Origin: Hemiscyllium ocellatum
Taxonomy: Eukaryota
Length of the DNA stretch: 64,000 nt
NCBI RefSeq assembly: GCF_020745735.1
Contig: NC_083405.1
Location: 37,662,345-37,726,344 of the forward strand
Reading direction: 5' to 3'
The stretch's first letter is position 1. Every line of letters begins with the position of its first letter. Shown in pieces: positions 51,175-63,460 of the stretch. Below the pieces are notes generated by a model, which did no database searches, was not told the DNA's origin, and was given only the letters and a program-made list of their open reading frames with translations. The position numbers and the translations under genes are program-made.

Positions 51175-54100
51175 CACCCCACATCCCATACCTCATATCC
51201 CACATCCCATACCCCATATCTCTTAACCCATATCCCATACCCCATATCCCTCATCCCACATCCCTTACCCCATATCCCATACCCCACATCCCTTACCCCA
51301 CGTCCCATACTCCACATTCCATATCCCATATCCCTTACCCCACATCCCATACCCCACATCCCATACCCCACGTCCCATACTCCACATTCCATACCCATAT
51401 CCCTTACCTCACATCCCATACTCCACATCCCATACCCCACATCCCATACCCCACATCCCATACCTCATATCCCTTACCCCACATCTCTTACTCAGCATCC
51501 CATACCCCACATCCCACATCCCATATCCGACATACCTCATCCCATATCCCATACTCCACATCTCTTACCCCACATCCTTTACCCCATAGGAGAAAGTGAG
51601 GACTGCAGATGCTGGAGATCAGAGCTGAAAATGTGTTGCTGGAAAAGCGCAGCAGGTCAGGTAGCATCCAAGGAGCAGGAGAATCAACGTTCCGGGCATG
51701 AGCCCTTCTTCAGGATTCCTGAAGAAGGGCTCATGCCCGAAAGGTCGATTGTCCTGCTCCTTGGATGCTGCCTGACATCCTTTACCCCATATTCCTTACC
51801 CCACATCCCACACCCCACCTCAGATACACTACATTCCACATCTCACAGCCCACATCCCATACCCCACATCCCTTATCCCACATCCCTTACCCCACATCCC
51901 CAACCCCACATCCCGCACCCCATATCCCACATCCCATATCCCTTACCCCATATCCCTTACGCTATATCCCATACCCCACATCCCTTACCCCATATCCCTT
52001 ACCCCACATCCCATACACCACATCCCATACACCACATCCCATCCCCTACATCCCTTACCCCATATCCCACACCCCACATCCCACACCCCACATCCCATAC
52101 TCCACATCCCTTACCCCATATTCCATACCCTACATCCCACACTCCATATCCCTTACCCCATATCCCTTACCCCATATCCCCAATCCCACATCCCTCATCC
52201 CATATACCACATCCCATACCCCACATCCCTTACCCCACATCCCTTACCCCACATCCCTTACCCCACATCCCTTACCCCACATCCCATACACCACATCCCA
52301 TCCCCTACATCCCTTACCCCATATCCCACACCCCACATCCCACACCCCACATCCCATACTCCACATCCCTTACCCCATATTCCATACCCTACATCCCACA
52401 CTCCATATCCCTTACCCCATATCCCTTACCCCATATCCCCAATCCCACATCCCTCATCCCATATACCACATCCCATACCCCACATCCCATACTCCACATC
52501 CCTTACCCCATATTCCATACCCTACATCCCACACTCCATATCCCTTACCCCATATCCCTTACCCCATATCCCAACCCCATATCCCCAATCCCACATCCCT
52601 CATCCCATATACCACATCCCATACCCCACATCCCTTACCCCATATCTCTCATCCCACATCTCTCATCCCACATCCCATACTCCACAACCCATACCCCACG
52701 TCCCATACCCCTTATCCCATACACCATATCCCATCCCCCAATCCCATACACCGCATCCCATACACCGCATCCCATCCCCACATCCCATACCCCACATCAA
52801 ATACCCCACATCCCATACCCCATACCCCATATCCCATAGCCCACACCCCATATCCCACATCCCATACCCCATACCCCATACATCACATCGCTTACCCAAC
52901 ATCCCATACCCCATATCCCATACACTATATCCCATATACCACATTCCATACCCTACATCTCAAAAACAATATCCCATACACCACATGCCTTACCCCACAT
53001 CCCATACCCCATATCCCCATTCCCCACATCCCATACCCCACATCTCAAACCCCACATTCCACACCCCACATCTCAAACCCCACATTCCACACCCCACATC
53101 CCATACCCCATATCACATATACCACATCCCATACACCATATCCCTTACCCCACATCCCTTACCCCACATGCCAAAGACCATATCCCTTACCCCACATCTC
53201 TTACCCAACATCCCATACCCCATATCCCATACCCCATATCCATACACCACATCCCATACCCCACATCTCATACACCATATCCCTTACCCCACATCCTTTA
53301 CCCCATATCCCATACCCCATATCCGATACCCCACATCTCACACCCCACATTCCAACTACACATCCCTTACTCTGCATCCCACATCCCTTACCCCACATCC
53401 CAACCCCACACCCCACATCCCTCATCCCAACCCCACACCCCACATCCCAACCCCACATTCCTTGCCCCACACCGAACCTCACATCCCTTACACCAAATCC
53501 CAACCCCACACACCACACCCTACACCCCACATCCCTTATCCCACATCCTGTACCCCACATTCCGTACCCCACATCCTTTACCCAACATGCCCTACACCGC
53601 ATCCCATACCCCACATCCCATAACGCACATCCCTTATGCCACATCCCTTTCCCCACAGCCCTGTCCCCACAGCCCTCATACCACGTCCCTTACCCCACAT
53701 TCCATACCCGACATCCCACATCCCTTACCCAACATCCCAACTGCACATCCCACATCCCTTACCCCATTTCTCTTACCCCACATCCCATACCCCACATCCC
53801 AACACCACACCCCTTATCCCACACCCCTTACCCCACATCCATTGCCCCACATCCCTTACCACACACCCCACATCCCTTACCCAACATCAAGTACCTCACA
53901 TCTCTTACCCCATATTCCCTACCCCACATCCTATACTCAACATGCCCTACACCGCATCCCATACCCCATATCCTATATCTCACATCCCATACCCCATATC
54001 CTATATCTCACATCCCTTATCCCATATCCCAAACCACACATCACATAACCAACATCCCATACCCCATATCCCATACCCGCTATTCCATACCCCGTATCCC

Positions 54101-55368
54101 CTACCCCATATCCCATATCTCATAGCCCACATCCCAAACCCCATATTCCATACACCACATCCCTTACCCCACATCCCATACACCTTATCCCATACCCCAT
54201 ACCCCATATCCCACATCCCCTACCCCATATCGCATACCTCACATCCCTTACCCAACTTCCCATACCCCATCTCCCATGCACCATATCCCATGCACCATAT
54301 CCCATACCCCACATCCGATACTCCATATCCCATACGCCCCATTCCATACCCCATATCCCAAACACTACATCACTTACCCCATATCCCATACCCCTTATCC
54401 CATACACCATATCCCATACCCCACATCCCACACCCCACATCCCATAAACCCACATCCCTTAGCCCACATTCCATACCCGGCATCCCTTACCCAACATCCC
54501 AACCCCACATCCCATATCCCTCAGTCCAATTCTCTTACCCCACATCCCAACCCCACATCCCAACCCCACATCCCTTACCCCACATCACTTACCCCACTTC
54601 TCTTACCCCATATCCCAACCCCACACCCCTTACCCCACATTCCTTGCCCCACATCCCTTATCCGACATCCCATACCCCACATCCCTTACCCCACATCCCT
54701 CATCCCACATCCCATAACACACATCCCTCACCCCACATCGCAACCCCACATTCCATACCCCATATTCCACAGCCCACATCCCAACCCCACATCCCACATC
54801 CCTTACCCCACAACACACATCCCTTACGCCATATCCCTTTCCTCACATCCCTCATCCCACATCCCATAACACACATCCCTTGCCCCACATCCCAACGCCA
54901 CATTCCATACCCCACATCACTTAGCCCACATCCCACATCCCAACTCCACATCCCTTACCCCACACCCCACATCCCAACACCACATCCCACACCCCACATC
55001 CCTTGCCCCACATCCCACACCCCACATCCCTTGCCCCACATCCCACACCCAGATCCCTTACCCAACAAACCACATCCCATACCCCACTTCCCTTATTCCA
55101 CATCCCATACCCCACATCCTATACCCAACATCCATTTCCCCACATCCCTTACCCCACTTCTCTTACCCCACATCCCATACCCCACATCCCAAACCCACAT
55201 CCCTTACCCCACACCCCCCATCCCAAACCCACATCCCAACCCCCCCATCCCAACACCACACCCCTTTCCCCACATCCCATAACACACATCCCACAGCCCA
55301 CATCCCAGACTCCACATCCTATACTCAACATCCCACACCCCACATCCCACATCTACCCCACAACCCCA
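51175..55368 (+). repeat. 4.2-kb C-rich satellite, 14-bp unit CCCCA(C/T)ATCCC(A/T)TA built from two 7-mers
   Basis: Roughly 290 diverged units seen directly; generates spurious His/Pro/Ile ORFs. Confidence 0.97.
51589..51774 (-). mobile_element. Penelope fold-back mini-element inside the satellite, 17-bp TSD
   Basis: acatcctttaccccata at 51572-51588 and 51775-51791; palindromic core gggcatgagcccttcttcagga-t-tcctgaagaagggctcatgccc. Confidence 0.9.
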
Positions 55369-55899
55369 ATTCATCTTGGATTTGCCCCATCACCATTCTT
55401 CTCCCCACCTCTACAAGTGCTTCTACTTATCCAACAACCCCACCCCCGCCCCCAGCCTTGACTTGCCCTACCCCTTCTGGCAGTGATCCTTCCTTCCCTT
55501 ATAGGACTCCTGTTCAATCCTCTTGGGTGATTGAATGACAGACCCCAGGATTGTAATTGTGCCAGACCTCTGACTGACCTTGACAAACAGCTCCTAGATT
55601 TGCCTGACTCCTAAACTCTAATTTTGCAGCTTCCCAGCTGATGATACACATCTCCCCAGATTTCTGGTGATGCCACGACAGGGCTGACTGTTGTCCACTC
55701 CTAGACTGTCATCAGTCCTATTCCTGACTATGAATGTCCCAAGAAGGTGACTGACCATGCCAAGTTCCTAGACTGGACTGTGACTGATGGTTCCAGGACC
55801 CCTGAGTGATCAAGGTCCCATACTCACTGAAAAGAGTCTATCCCCTACCAGTTTCCAACATGGCCATGTAATTCAATGTCCTTGCACTGCGTTTCTGAA

Positions 55900-56000
55900 T
55901 AGTTCTGAGGAAGGATCACTGGACCAGAAACATTAACTTTGCTTTCTGTCTACAGATGTTACCAGACATGCTGAGTTTTTTTCCAACAATTTCTGTTTCT
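55900..56000 (+). mobile_element. Penelope-type terminal fragment with degenerate hammerhead
   Basis: agtt-CTGAGGA-aggatcactggacca-GAAACATTA-act; cagatgttaccagacatgctgagtttt. Confidence 0.7.
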
Positions 56001-56814
56001 GTGTGCAGTGTGTTATGCAGGCTACTGGCAAATACAGTTGGTGTTAGATTAGTATCTCGGTGTATTATATCACAAGATGGCAAACTCCCCCCAACCACAC
56101 TCCCAGGTTAAACTCAAATATCCAAAACTTGTTGATGGTCTCAATTGTGTTGCTTCTCTGTTAATTTCACAAAATGGAATTTTGCTGTCTGCCTCACGTC
56201 TTAAATGCATTGACTAGTGTGAAGGTACTAACTGAACTCACCACAGCAGGTTAAGTCCTGTCAGTCCAAATGTTCAGTCTGATTGTTTTAAGAGATAAGT
56301 AGTTGATTGCCCCCTTCACTAAAGTCCCAAGTACCTCATTACCCTGACTACAATATTATCAACCTACACCTTCGACAACTTGCATTTGTGTAAATTCTTG
56401 CTCTAACTTTATCTAATGACAAACTATCATTCATTAGACAAGGGGAAAAAGTCTTCTGGCTTCACCATTATATATTGTCTTGCCAAAAATCTATTCATTA
56501 GTCTATTGAAATTAATTTGTGTCATAATTGGCAAATCTATTTGCAATTGAAATTTATGTTTAAATTGTTTCATTCCACTTAATTTTACAAGGAATAAACC
56601 TGTCCCAAATTAAGTTTGTTAGGATTAATTAATCTACCACTATATGTCCCATGACAGAGTTCATGGTGAGTCAGACAGAATGTTGTTTATAGCAATTGGA
56701 TTATTTCCTCCAAGAAAGGGCTAACACTAGGGCTACTGATACCATGCTTGAATAATTCAAGAATATATCTTTAAAACATGAGAAGGTTGAGTTACATTGT
56801 TGCTTTGAGGAGAA

Positions 56815-57375
56815 GGTATTGGTCAGACAGCACTTGGAACATTGTGAGCAGTTTTGGGTGCCATGATTAAGGAAGGAGTTTTTGGTCTTGGAGGGGGTCC
56901 AGAGGAGGTTTACAAGACTAATGTCAGGGGTGAAGGGCTTGTCATATGGGGAGTGGTTGAGGAATCTGGGTCTGTACTCAATGGAGTTTCAAAAGACGTG
57001 GGGGGTTTAGATCGAATCTTACAGAATAGTGAGCGGCCTAGATAGAATGGACATTGAGAAAATATTTCCACTAGTAGGAGAGATGAGGAGATAAAGGCAC
57101 ATCCTCAGAGTGAAGGGACAACCCTTTAAAACTGAGATGAGGAGGAATTTATTCAGCCAGAGGGCAATTAATCTGTGAAACTCATTGCTGCAGAGGGCTG
57201 TGGAGGCCAAGTCAGAGTTCATTTAGGACAGACATAGATAGGTTCTTGGTTAGTAAGTGGATCAAGGGTTGTGGGGACAAGACAGGAGAATGGCATTGAG
57301 AAACATATCAGCCATGATCAAATGGTGGAGCAGCCTCTATTGGCTGAATGACCTAATTCTGCTTCTATATCTGAG
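56815..57375 (+). mobile_element. Old CR1 3' fragment
   Basis: VLVRQHLEHCEQFW; tttaaaactgagatgaggaggaatttattcagccagagg; ggctgaatgacctaattctgcttctatatct. Confidence 0.85.
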
Positions 57376-58311
57376 TCTCCTGCAAAGTTAATTTATTCTG
57401 TTAACACATGACCTTTAATGATTCATAAGTTTGTTTAACGAGGCACTAATTTGAGACCTTTCCATTTTTAAAACTAGAAATAGCTATTTATAGGTGAATT
57501 TATATAAATTACCAAATATACAAAAAAACACAAGTAGCACTTAAAACTTTCAGAATTAAGATCATTCGAATTTTACTTTGATGAAACAAGTTAAACATAG
57601 AAATATGGACTTCCTGGATTGATTTCTAGTAGAGCAGAATTCCTACCTGCCTCCCAAAATCCCCCCAACCCATGAATTATGGATCATTTACCATGCACTG
57701 TGCGGGTCCCAGAAGTTTACCATTCACCAAATAAGAAGCTGTTAATGTAGAGAAGGGAATCATAAAGCAGCTGCATTTGGAACATCCCCATGGAGAGAGG
57801 AGGGAACACCTTTTAATGAACTCATTAAAGCTCCAATCGAGGACCTTGGCTGAAACCACCTACCAACCCACCTGCACTTGAGGGAGAGATGGCTTTTGTT
57901 GTCTTCTTTGTCTTAAAAGCTTTCATGAAATTTTCCTTTAACGATGTTGTTCTTTTAAAGTCTGGTGTTCATAAATCCTAATTATAGCAGTTCAAAAAAC
58001 TGCTCCATTCTGTTAACAAAAACATTGGATACAGAAAGAAACAGATACCTTCCAGTGACAACAAGGCAGTAATATAGAGTTTCAGTTATCTCAGTGATCA
58101 GGCAACCAGTTTCAAAGTGCTATCTGAATCACTTAATAGAGACAGTGACCTGCCCATTCACTTCATGGCATTGATGCTTGGCTGCCTTTGTACACCTGAG
58201 TTAACTAATGTGATATTTATTGAGAAAAAAAATACAGTTTCTTAGCAGGAAATTCCACAGCCACATCTTCAATATTGCTCTAAGTGCCACTAACACCGTT
58301 GTTATGAATGA

Positions 58312-58538
58312 AGACAAGGTGAAGTTGCCATAACCCTATCAGGCCACACGGCTGCTGTCCCATTACAGAGTAACAGCTGGTGATGGTGGTTTAACCCAAG
58401 GGTCATCACACCACAGGCAAGGGGAGAGTTTGATGACCCCTTTATGGTAATCTCAGGCAGCACAGGATTGAACTCATGTTGTTAGCATCACTCTGTATCA
58501 CAAACCAGCTGTCCAGTCAACTGAGCTACACTGACTCC
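58312..58538 (-). mobile_element. Old tRNA-derived SINE (same family as 8271)
   Basis: Minus-strand tagctcagttgactggacagctggtttg..gagttcaatcc. Confidence 0.7.
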
Positions 58539-59240
58539 TTTCAGGAAGGTATAGTCTTTATAAATAACTATGTAAAGGAAGCTTGAAGAACTGAAAAGAT
58601 TTTGGACAATTTCTGGGTTGAGGAGGGATTGAGAACTGGAACGTCAAAAGGTGTTGGTTGATTCACCTGCTGTTTACAAAATGTCAGGTGACTTTGTGGA
58701 GAGAAGGTAAAGCCAGGTTTTAGGAGAAAAAAGTTTGGTTTTGTGGCTTTAAATACTTGACAAACTTGGTTTGCAAAAGATGGAGAAATCTATAGGACCA
58801 GGATTGAATCCAAAAGAGGAGCTTGGAGGAAAATACCACGGATGAAATTGTAGCCTTGACTACAACTTGAACCTGAAGTTAAACATTGCAGTGAGTGCAG
58901 GGAAGATGAAAAATGTAAATAGAAGCATAAAGGACTTTTGTCAAGAAGAAAAGTAACTCCTTCCTCAAATGATACAGATCAACCCATAAATTATACAAAT
59001 GGAAACTGGAGATTCTTAAAATCTTTTGCTGGTGAAGATATAACTTTTCCTCCATAGAATGCTTTGAAAGCCAAAGAGTTTTTTTAAAAAAGTGAAATAA
59101 TGGAGCATGCACACCTACTCTTGTGTATGAAAGTGCACATAGAATGGAATTTAACGTCCAGAAAAATGACAGTAGGAGTTGTACAGAAGTTAAATTTGGG
59201 CAGGACTGACCTACTCTCAGGTGATGCTTTGACCAGAACT

Positions 59241-59461
59241 CTGTTAAAAATCACACAACACCAGGTTATAGTCCAACAGGTTATAGTCCACCAGGTTATA
59301 GTCCAACAGGTTTATTTGGAAGCACTAGCTTTCGGAGCGCTGCTCCTCCATCAGGTCCTTCATCTGAAAGTTAGTGCTTCCAAATAAACCTGTTGGACTA
59401 TAACCTGGTACTGTGTGATTTTTAACTTACTACACCCTACAACACTGGCACCTCCAAATCA
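59241..59461. mobile_element. Penelope-derived fold-back mini-element with 11-bp TSD
   Basis: Inverted arms gttaaaaatcacac..ggaagcacta / tagtgcttcc..gtgtgatttttaac; tgac(c/t)agaact flanks; a 15-bp unit is triplicated in the left arm. Confidence 0.85.
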
Positions 59462-60619
59462 TGACTAGAACTAAACATCACCTCCAATCATAGGAACAGC
59501 CACATGAACAAATTCCAATCTTTTCCCTTTGTGTGAAGTAAGTGGGGGAGCTAGTAATGGATGAGTAAACATGGGATGTTGCAGGTGGGTCAGGGTGATA
59601 AGCTGTCATCCCAAAAATGGCCATGATGGGGGAGACTGTGCAGCATGATAACGGGCTGTGCTAAACTGTAGTGACAGGGCTAAAGGGTGAAAGTTGGCAT
59701 TGTGATTTGAGGTTCTGGGTAAGAACATATGGGAGTTCAGTCAAGATGGGCTGCTCATGGACTGCAAGGTAGAAAAGGACATGGAGGTTGGGTGATGGTG
59801 ATGGGGGAGCCACCAAGAATGGAAAATGGCTGTGACCACACCCAGAGTAGAAGGAGTCAGTGTCTGTTTGCCAACCATAAACACAGACTCTGAGGTGGAG
59901 AGGCAATTGTAGAGATCATGCGTTTGCAAACTGTAGGTTACAATTGGATTGTGCATGTGACTTGCATACAGTGTTCAACTGTGTGGAGTGCAAATGCCTG
60001 TCACAGGCAATGTTGACCATTTTGTTGATCCTTGCAAATTGAAGGTAGACATCTCTGTGAAGCAGAAGCAACTGCTTTAAAGAAGCACCTGTGGGTCAAA
60101 GGTCACACTGCTAATGCAAGACTTTATAGACTTTACAGAGGCATGGAACTGAATCCCCCTCAACATGTACTGTAAGTATAATGTGAGAGTCTCTTAGATG
60201 CAATGATGTCATTTGAGGGTGATACAGGACAGGGTGGAGAAGTGAACAGTGCTCATGCAGAAGTTATAATTAGCTACTTTCTTCTTACAAATGACCAATG
60301 ATGCATTCATCAGAATGAAACCCTGCATCAAAGTGCGAAGATGAGTCACTCTGTGGCTCTCCTTGTCTGAATGGTCAGAGTTTGGATATGCGTGTTAAGC
60401 TGTCATTTGCACCCATTGTGAAGGCTGACTGCTGCCATTGATAAGGATCTGCTCTGCTCCATATGTTTCCCCCCACAAGCTCATTCAAAGCAGGACTAAT
60501 GGCATAGCCGTAGTTATCATCACTGTTGCAACAATGTGACAGAAGTGCAGAGAAATGAAGGAGAAAGTGATGCTCCAGCAAGCTCAGGACCAGCAGCAAC
60601 CTCCAGCAGACACCACACA

Positions 60620-60882
60620 ACCTCACAGCTGTAGGTCCCCTCACGATGTAAAAGAGCTATAGGAGGGTCAGAGTCTTTTTTTCCTCAATGCTACTTCCTC
60701 TGAATGACTGAGACGCAGAGATGTCCCAGGGCACAGTTACTGAGCTATGCTGTCTGCTGGATTGGGACATGACAGAATGAGTGGCCATCCCATCCCGGTG
60801 GCCACCCAGGTGACAGATGCATTCAACTTTTATGCAACCGGCTCCTTCCAAGGAGTCCCTGGGGACTTGTGTAGGATCTCTC
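60620..60882 (+). mobile_element. Second Harbinger transposase relic (N-terminal HTH region)
   Basis: ORF 60747 GHPIPVATQVTDAFNFYATGSFQGVPGDLCRISH. Confidence 0.8.
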
Positions 60883-61214
60883 ATGTGATGAGGACATCAC
60901 TGGCTGGGCCAGCATTTATTACCCATCCCTAATTGCCCAGAAGGCAGTTAAGAGCCAACCAAGTTACTGTGCATCTGGAGTCACAGGTAGGCCAGACCAG
61001 GTCAGGATGGCAGTTTCCTTCCCTGAAGGGCATGAGTGAAGCAGATGGGTTTTTCAAACAATTGAGAATGGATTTATGGTCATCATTAGAACCTTAATTC
61101 CAGATTTGTGTTGAATTCAAATTCCACCATCTGCTGTGGCAGGATTTGAGCCTGGGTCCCCACAACATGACCAGGGTCCCTGGATTAACAATAAAACCAC
61201 TAGCCATTGCCTCC
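60881..61214 (-). mobile_element. tRNA-derived SINE (family of 13149)
   Basis: Reverse complement of the 13149-13475 element. Confidence 0.8.
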
Positions 61215-61802
61215 TCCTGTTAGCTGTGTGTATTGCTGGATTTTAAGAATGGCACAATTGGCAGGAATTCCCAGGAGGTTATGGTAGAGGTGCAAACATC
61301 TGCCTCTGGTGATTGAGATGATAGGATGAGCAGGGGGCCTTACTGGCATGGTGCAGAGATGAGAATGCCATGAGAAAACTCACGCAGGCTGACAGAGAAA
61401 TCATCTCCGTGAAGCTCATCCAAATCAAAATGTCATCAGTTCCTTATAAAATTAAACCCCCAATTTCTGTTTTTTTCAGGAGGACTTGTATGTGTCAAAA
61501 GAGGAAAAGACCTCTGAAAGCTTCTCTCTCTCCTAAAGCAGTAAGGGAATACCCTGAAGTAGAATCTCTCTCTAGTTCTCTTGTTTGAATTAATTTTATG
61601 AACCTGCTAAAGTCAAATATCAGGATTTCAAAGTTACCCTCATCTGAACTCAAACCTGATTTGAAGATCTCATCAATTATATGGTTGTCAATATCTCAAT
61701 CTCATCGACACCTTCCTGTTTTATCCTCTGAGTGTGGAATCTTGCCTCACCTCACTGATTTCTCCTTTTCATTTTTTTAAACACCTCTTGTCAGTTGCTT
61801 GA

Positions 61803-63197
61803 ATGTGTTTGCTTGCCCTCCGCTTCTTCCTTTCCCGCCACACCAACCAGTACCCTTCCACTGACACCCTCCTTCGACTGACTGAACTGGTCCTCACCCT
61901 GAATAACTTCTCTTTCCAATCCTCCCACTTCCTTCAAACTAAAGGAGTTGCCATGGGCACCCGCATGGGCCCCAGCTATGCCTGTCTCTTTGTAGGATAT
62001 GTGGAACAGTCCATCTTCCGCAACTACACTGGCACCAACCCCCACCTTTTCCTCCGCTACATCGATGACTGTATCGGCGCTACCTTGTGCTCCCACGAGG
62101 AGGTTGAACAGTTCATCAACTTTACCAACACCTTCCATCCCGACCTCAAATTCACCTGGACTGTCTCAGACTCCTCCCTCCCCTTCCTAGACCTTTCCAT
62201 TTCTATCTCGGGCGACCGACTCAACACAGACATCTATTATAAACCGACTGACTCCCACAGCTACCTGGACTACATCTCCTCCCACCCTGCCCCCTGTAAA
62301 AACTCCATCTCATATCCCCAATTTCTTCGTCTCCGCCGCATCTGCTCCCAGGAGGACCAGTTCCAATACTGTACAGCCCAGATGGCCTCCTTCTTCAAGG
62401 ACCGCAGATTCCCCCCAGATGTGATCGACGATGCCCTCCACCGCATCTCCTCCACTTCCCGCTCCTCCGCCCTTGAGCCCCGCCCCTCCAACCGCCACCA
62501 AGACAGAACCCCACTGGTTCTCACCTACCACCCCACCAACCTCCGCATACAACGTATCATCCGCCGTCATTTCCGCCAACTCCAAACAGACCCCACCACC
62601 AAGGATATATTTCCCTCCCCGCCCCTATCAGCGTTCCGCAAAGACCACTCCCTTCGTGACTCCCTCGTCAGGTCCACACCCCCCACCAACCCAACCTCCA
62701 CTCCTGGCACCTTCCCCTGCAACCGCAGGAAATGCAAAACTTGCGCCCACACCTCCTCCCTTACTTCTCTCCAAGGCCCCAAGGAATCCTTCCATATCCG
62801 CCACAAATTCACCTGCACCTCCACACACATCATCTATTGCTTCCGCTGCAGCCGATGTGGCCTCCTCTACATTGGGGAGATGGGCCGCCTACTTGCGGAA
62901 CGCTTCAGAGAACACCTCTGGGACGCCCGGACCAACCAACCCAACCACCCCGTGGCTCAACACTTTAACTCTCCCTCCCACTCCACTGAGGACATGCAGG
63001 TCCTTGGACTCCTCCATCGGCAGAACATAACAACGCGACAGCTGGAGGAGGAGCGCCTCATTTTCTGCCTGGGAACACTCCAACCACAAGGAATGAACTC
63101 AGATTTCTCCAGTTTCCTCATTTCCCCTCCCCCCACCTTGTCTCAGTCGGTTCCCTCAACTCAGCACCGCCCTCCTAACCTGCAATCTTCTTCCTGA
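61803..63197 (+). CDS. Penelope RT C-terminal half plus GIY-YIG endonuclease (partial, uninterrupted 464 aa)
   Basis: QTKGVAMGTRMGPSYACLF, RYIDD, LPFLDL, YYKPTD, CNRRKCKTC, IIYCFRCSRCGLLYIGE..RFREH. Confidence 0.9.
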   Translation: MCLLALRFFLSRHTNQYPSTDTLLRLTELVLTLNNFSFQSSHFLQTKGVAMGTRMGPSYACLFVGYVEQSIFRNYTGTNPHLFLRYIDDCIGATLCSHEEVEQFINFTNTFHPDLKFTWTVSDSSLPFLDLSISISGDRLNTDIYYKPTDSHSYLDYISSHPAPCKNSISYPQFLRLRRICSQEDQFQYCTAQMASFFKDRRFPPDVIDDALHRISSTSRSSALEPRPSNRHQDRTPLVLTYHPTNLRIQRIIRRHFRQLQTDPTTKDIFPSPPLSAFRKDHSLRDSLVRSTPPTNPTSTPGTFPCNRRKCKTCAHTSSLTSLQGPKESFHIRHKFTCTSTHIIYCFRCSRCGLLYIGEMGRLLAERFREHLWDARTNQPNHPVAQHFNSPSHSTEDMQVLGLLHRQNITTRQLEEERLIFCLGTLQPQGMNSDFSSFLISPPPTLSQSVPSTQHRPPNLQSSS

Positions 63198-63460
63198 CCT
63201 CTCCGCCCCCACCCCACTCCGGCCTATCACCCTCACCTTGACCTCCTTCCACCTATCACATCTCCATCGCCCCTCCCCCAAGTCCCTCCTCCCTACCTTT
63301 TATCTTAGCCTGCCTGGCACATTCTCCTCATTCCTGATGAAGGGGTCTGGCCCAAAACGTCGAATTTCCTGTTCCTTGGATGCTGCCTGACCTGCTGTGC
63401 TTTAACCAGCAACACATTTTCAGCTCTGATCTCCAGCATCTGCAGACCTCACCTTTTACT
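61815..63460 (+). mobile_element. Penelope-like retroelement (Neptune-type), 5'-truncated, young
   Basis: RT, zinc-finger linker, GIY-YIG and pLTR with hammerhead; no TSD visible. Confidence 0.95.
63330..63365 (+). ncRNA. Minimal hammerhead ribozyme in pLTR, core mutated (GAAA to AAAA)
   Basis: auuc-CUGAUGA-agggguc-uggccc-AAAA-CGUC-gaau; stem I auuc/gaau. Confidence 0.6.

Noticed and set aside
51175-55368. Interstitial telomere or CRISPR-like array
   Set aside because: The unit contains CCCTTA/CCCATA rather than CCCTAA; there are no unique spacers or cas genes, and the context is vertebrate.
51084-55461. Long His/Pro/Ile/Thr-rich ORFs (555, 786, 548 aa) and Gly/Trp-rich antisense ORFs
   Set aside because: Open in all three frames because the G-poor satellite rarely forms stop codons; one ORF reads through a Penelope insert; no evidence of a real protein.
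55470-55830. Faint degenerate tandem repeat (tcctagact, gactgacc motifs)
   Set aside because: No consistent period could be established by eye.
61480-61540. 61-nt plus-strand exon candidate (tttcag...gca|gtaagg)
   Set aside because: Good splice signals but very short, unrecognised peptide and no partner exon; overlaps a competing minus-strand reading.
61803-61815. ATG at 61803 as the true start of the Penelope protein
   Set aside because: It lies in flanking DNA; the element begins mid-RT because of 5' truncation.
62270-63089. Overlapping alternative-frame and antisense ORFs within Penelope
   Set aside because: By-products of C-rich codon bias in the main ORF.
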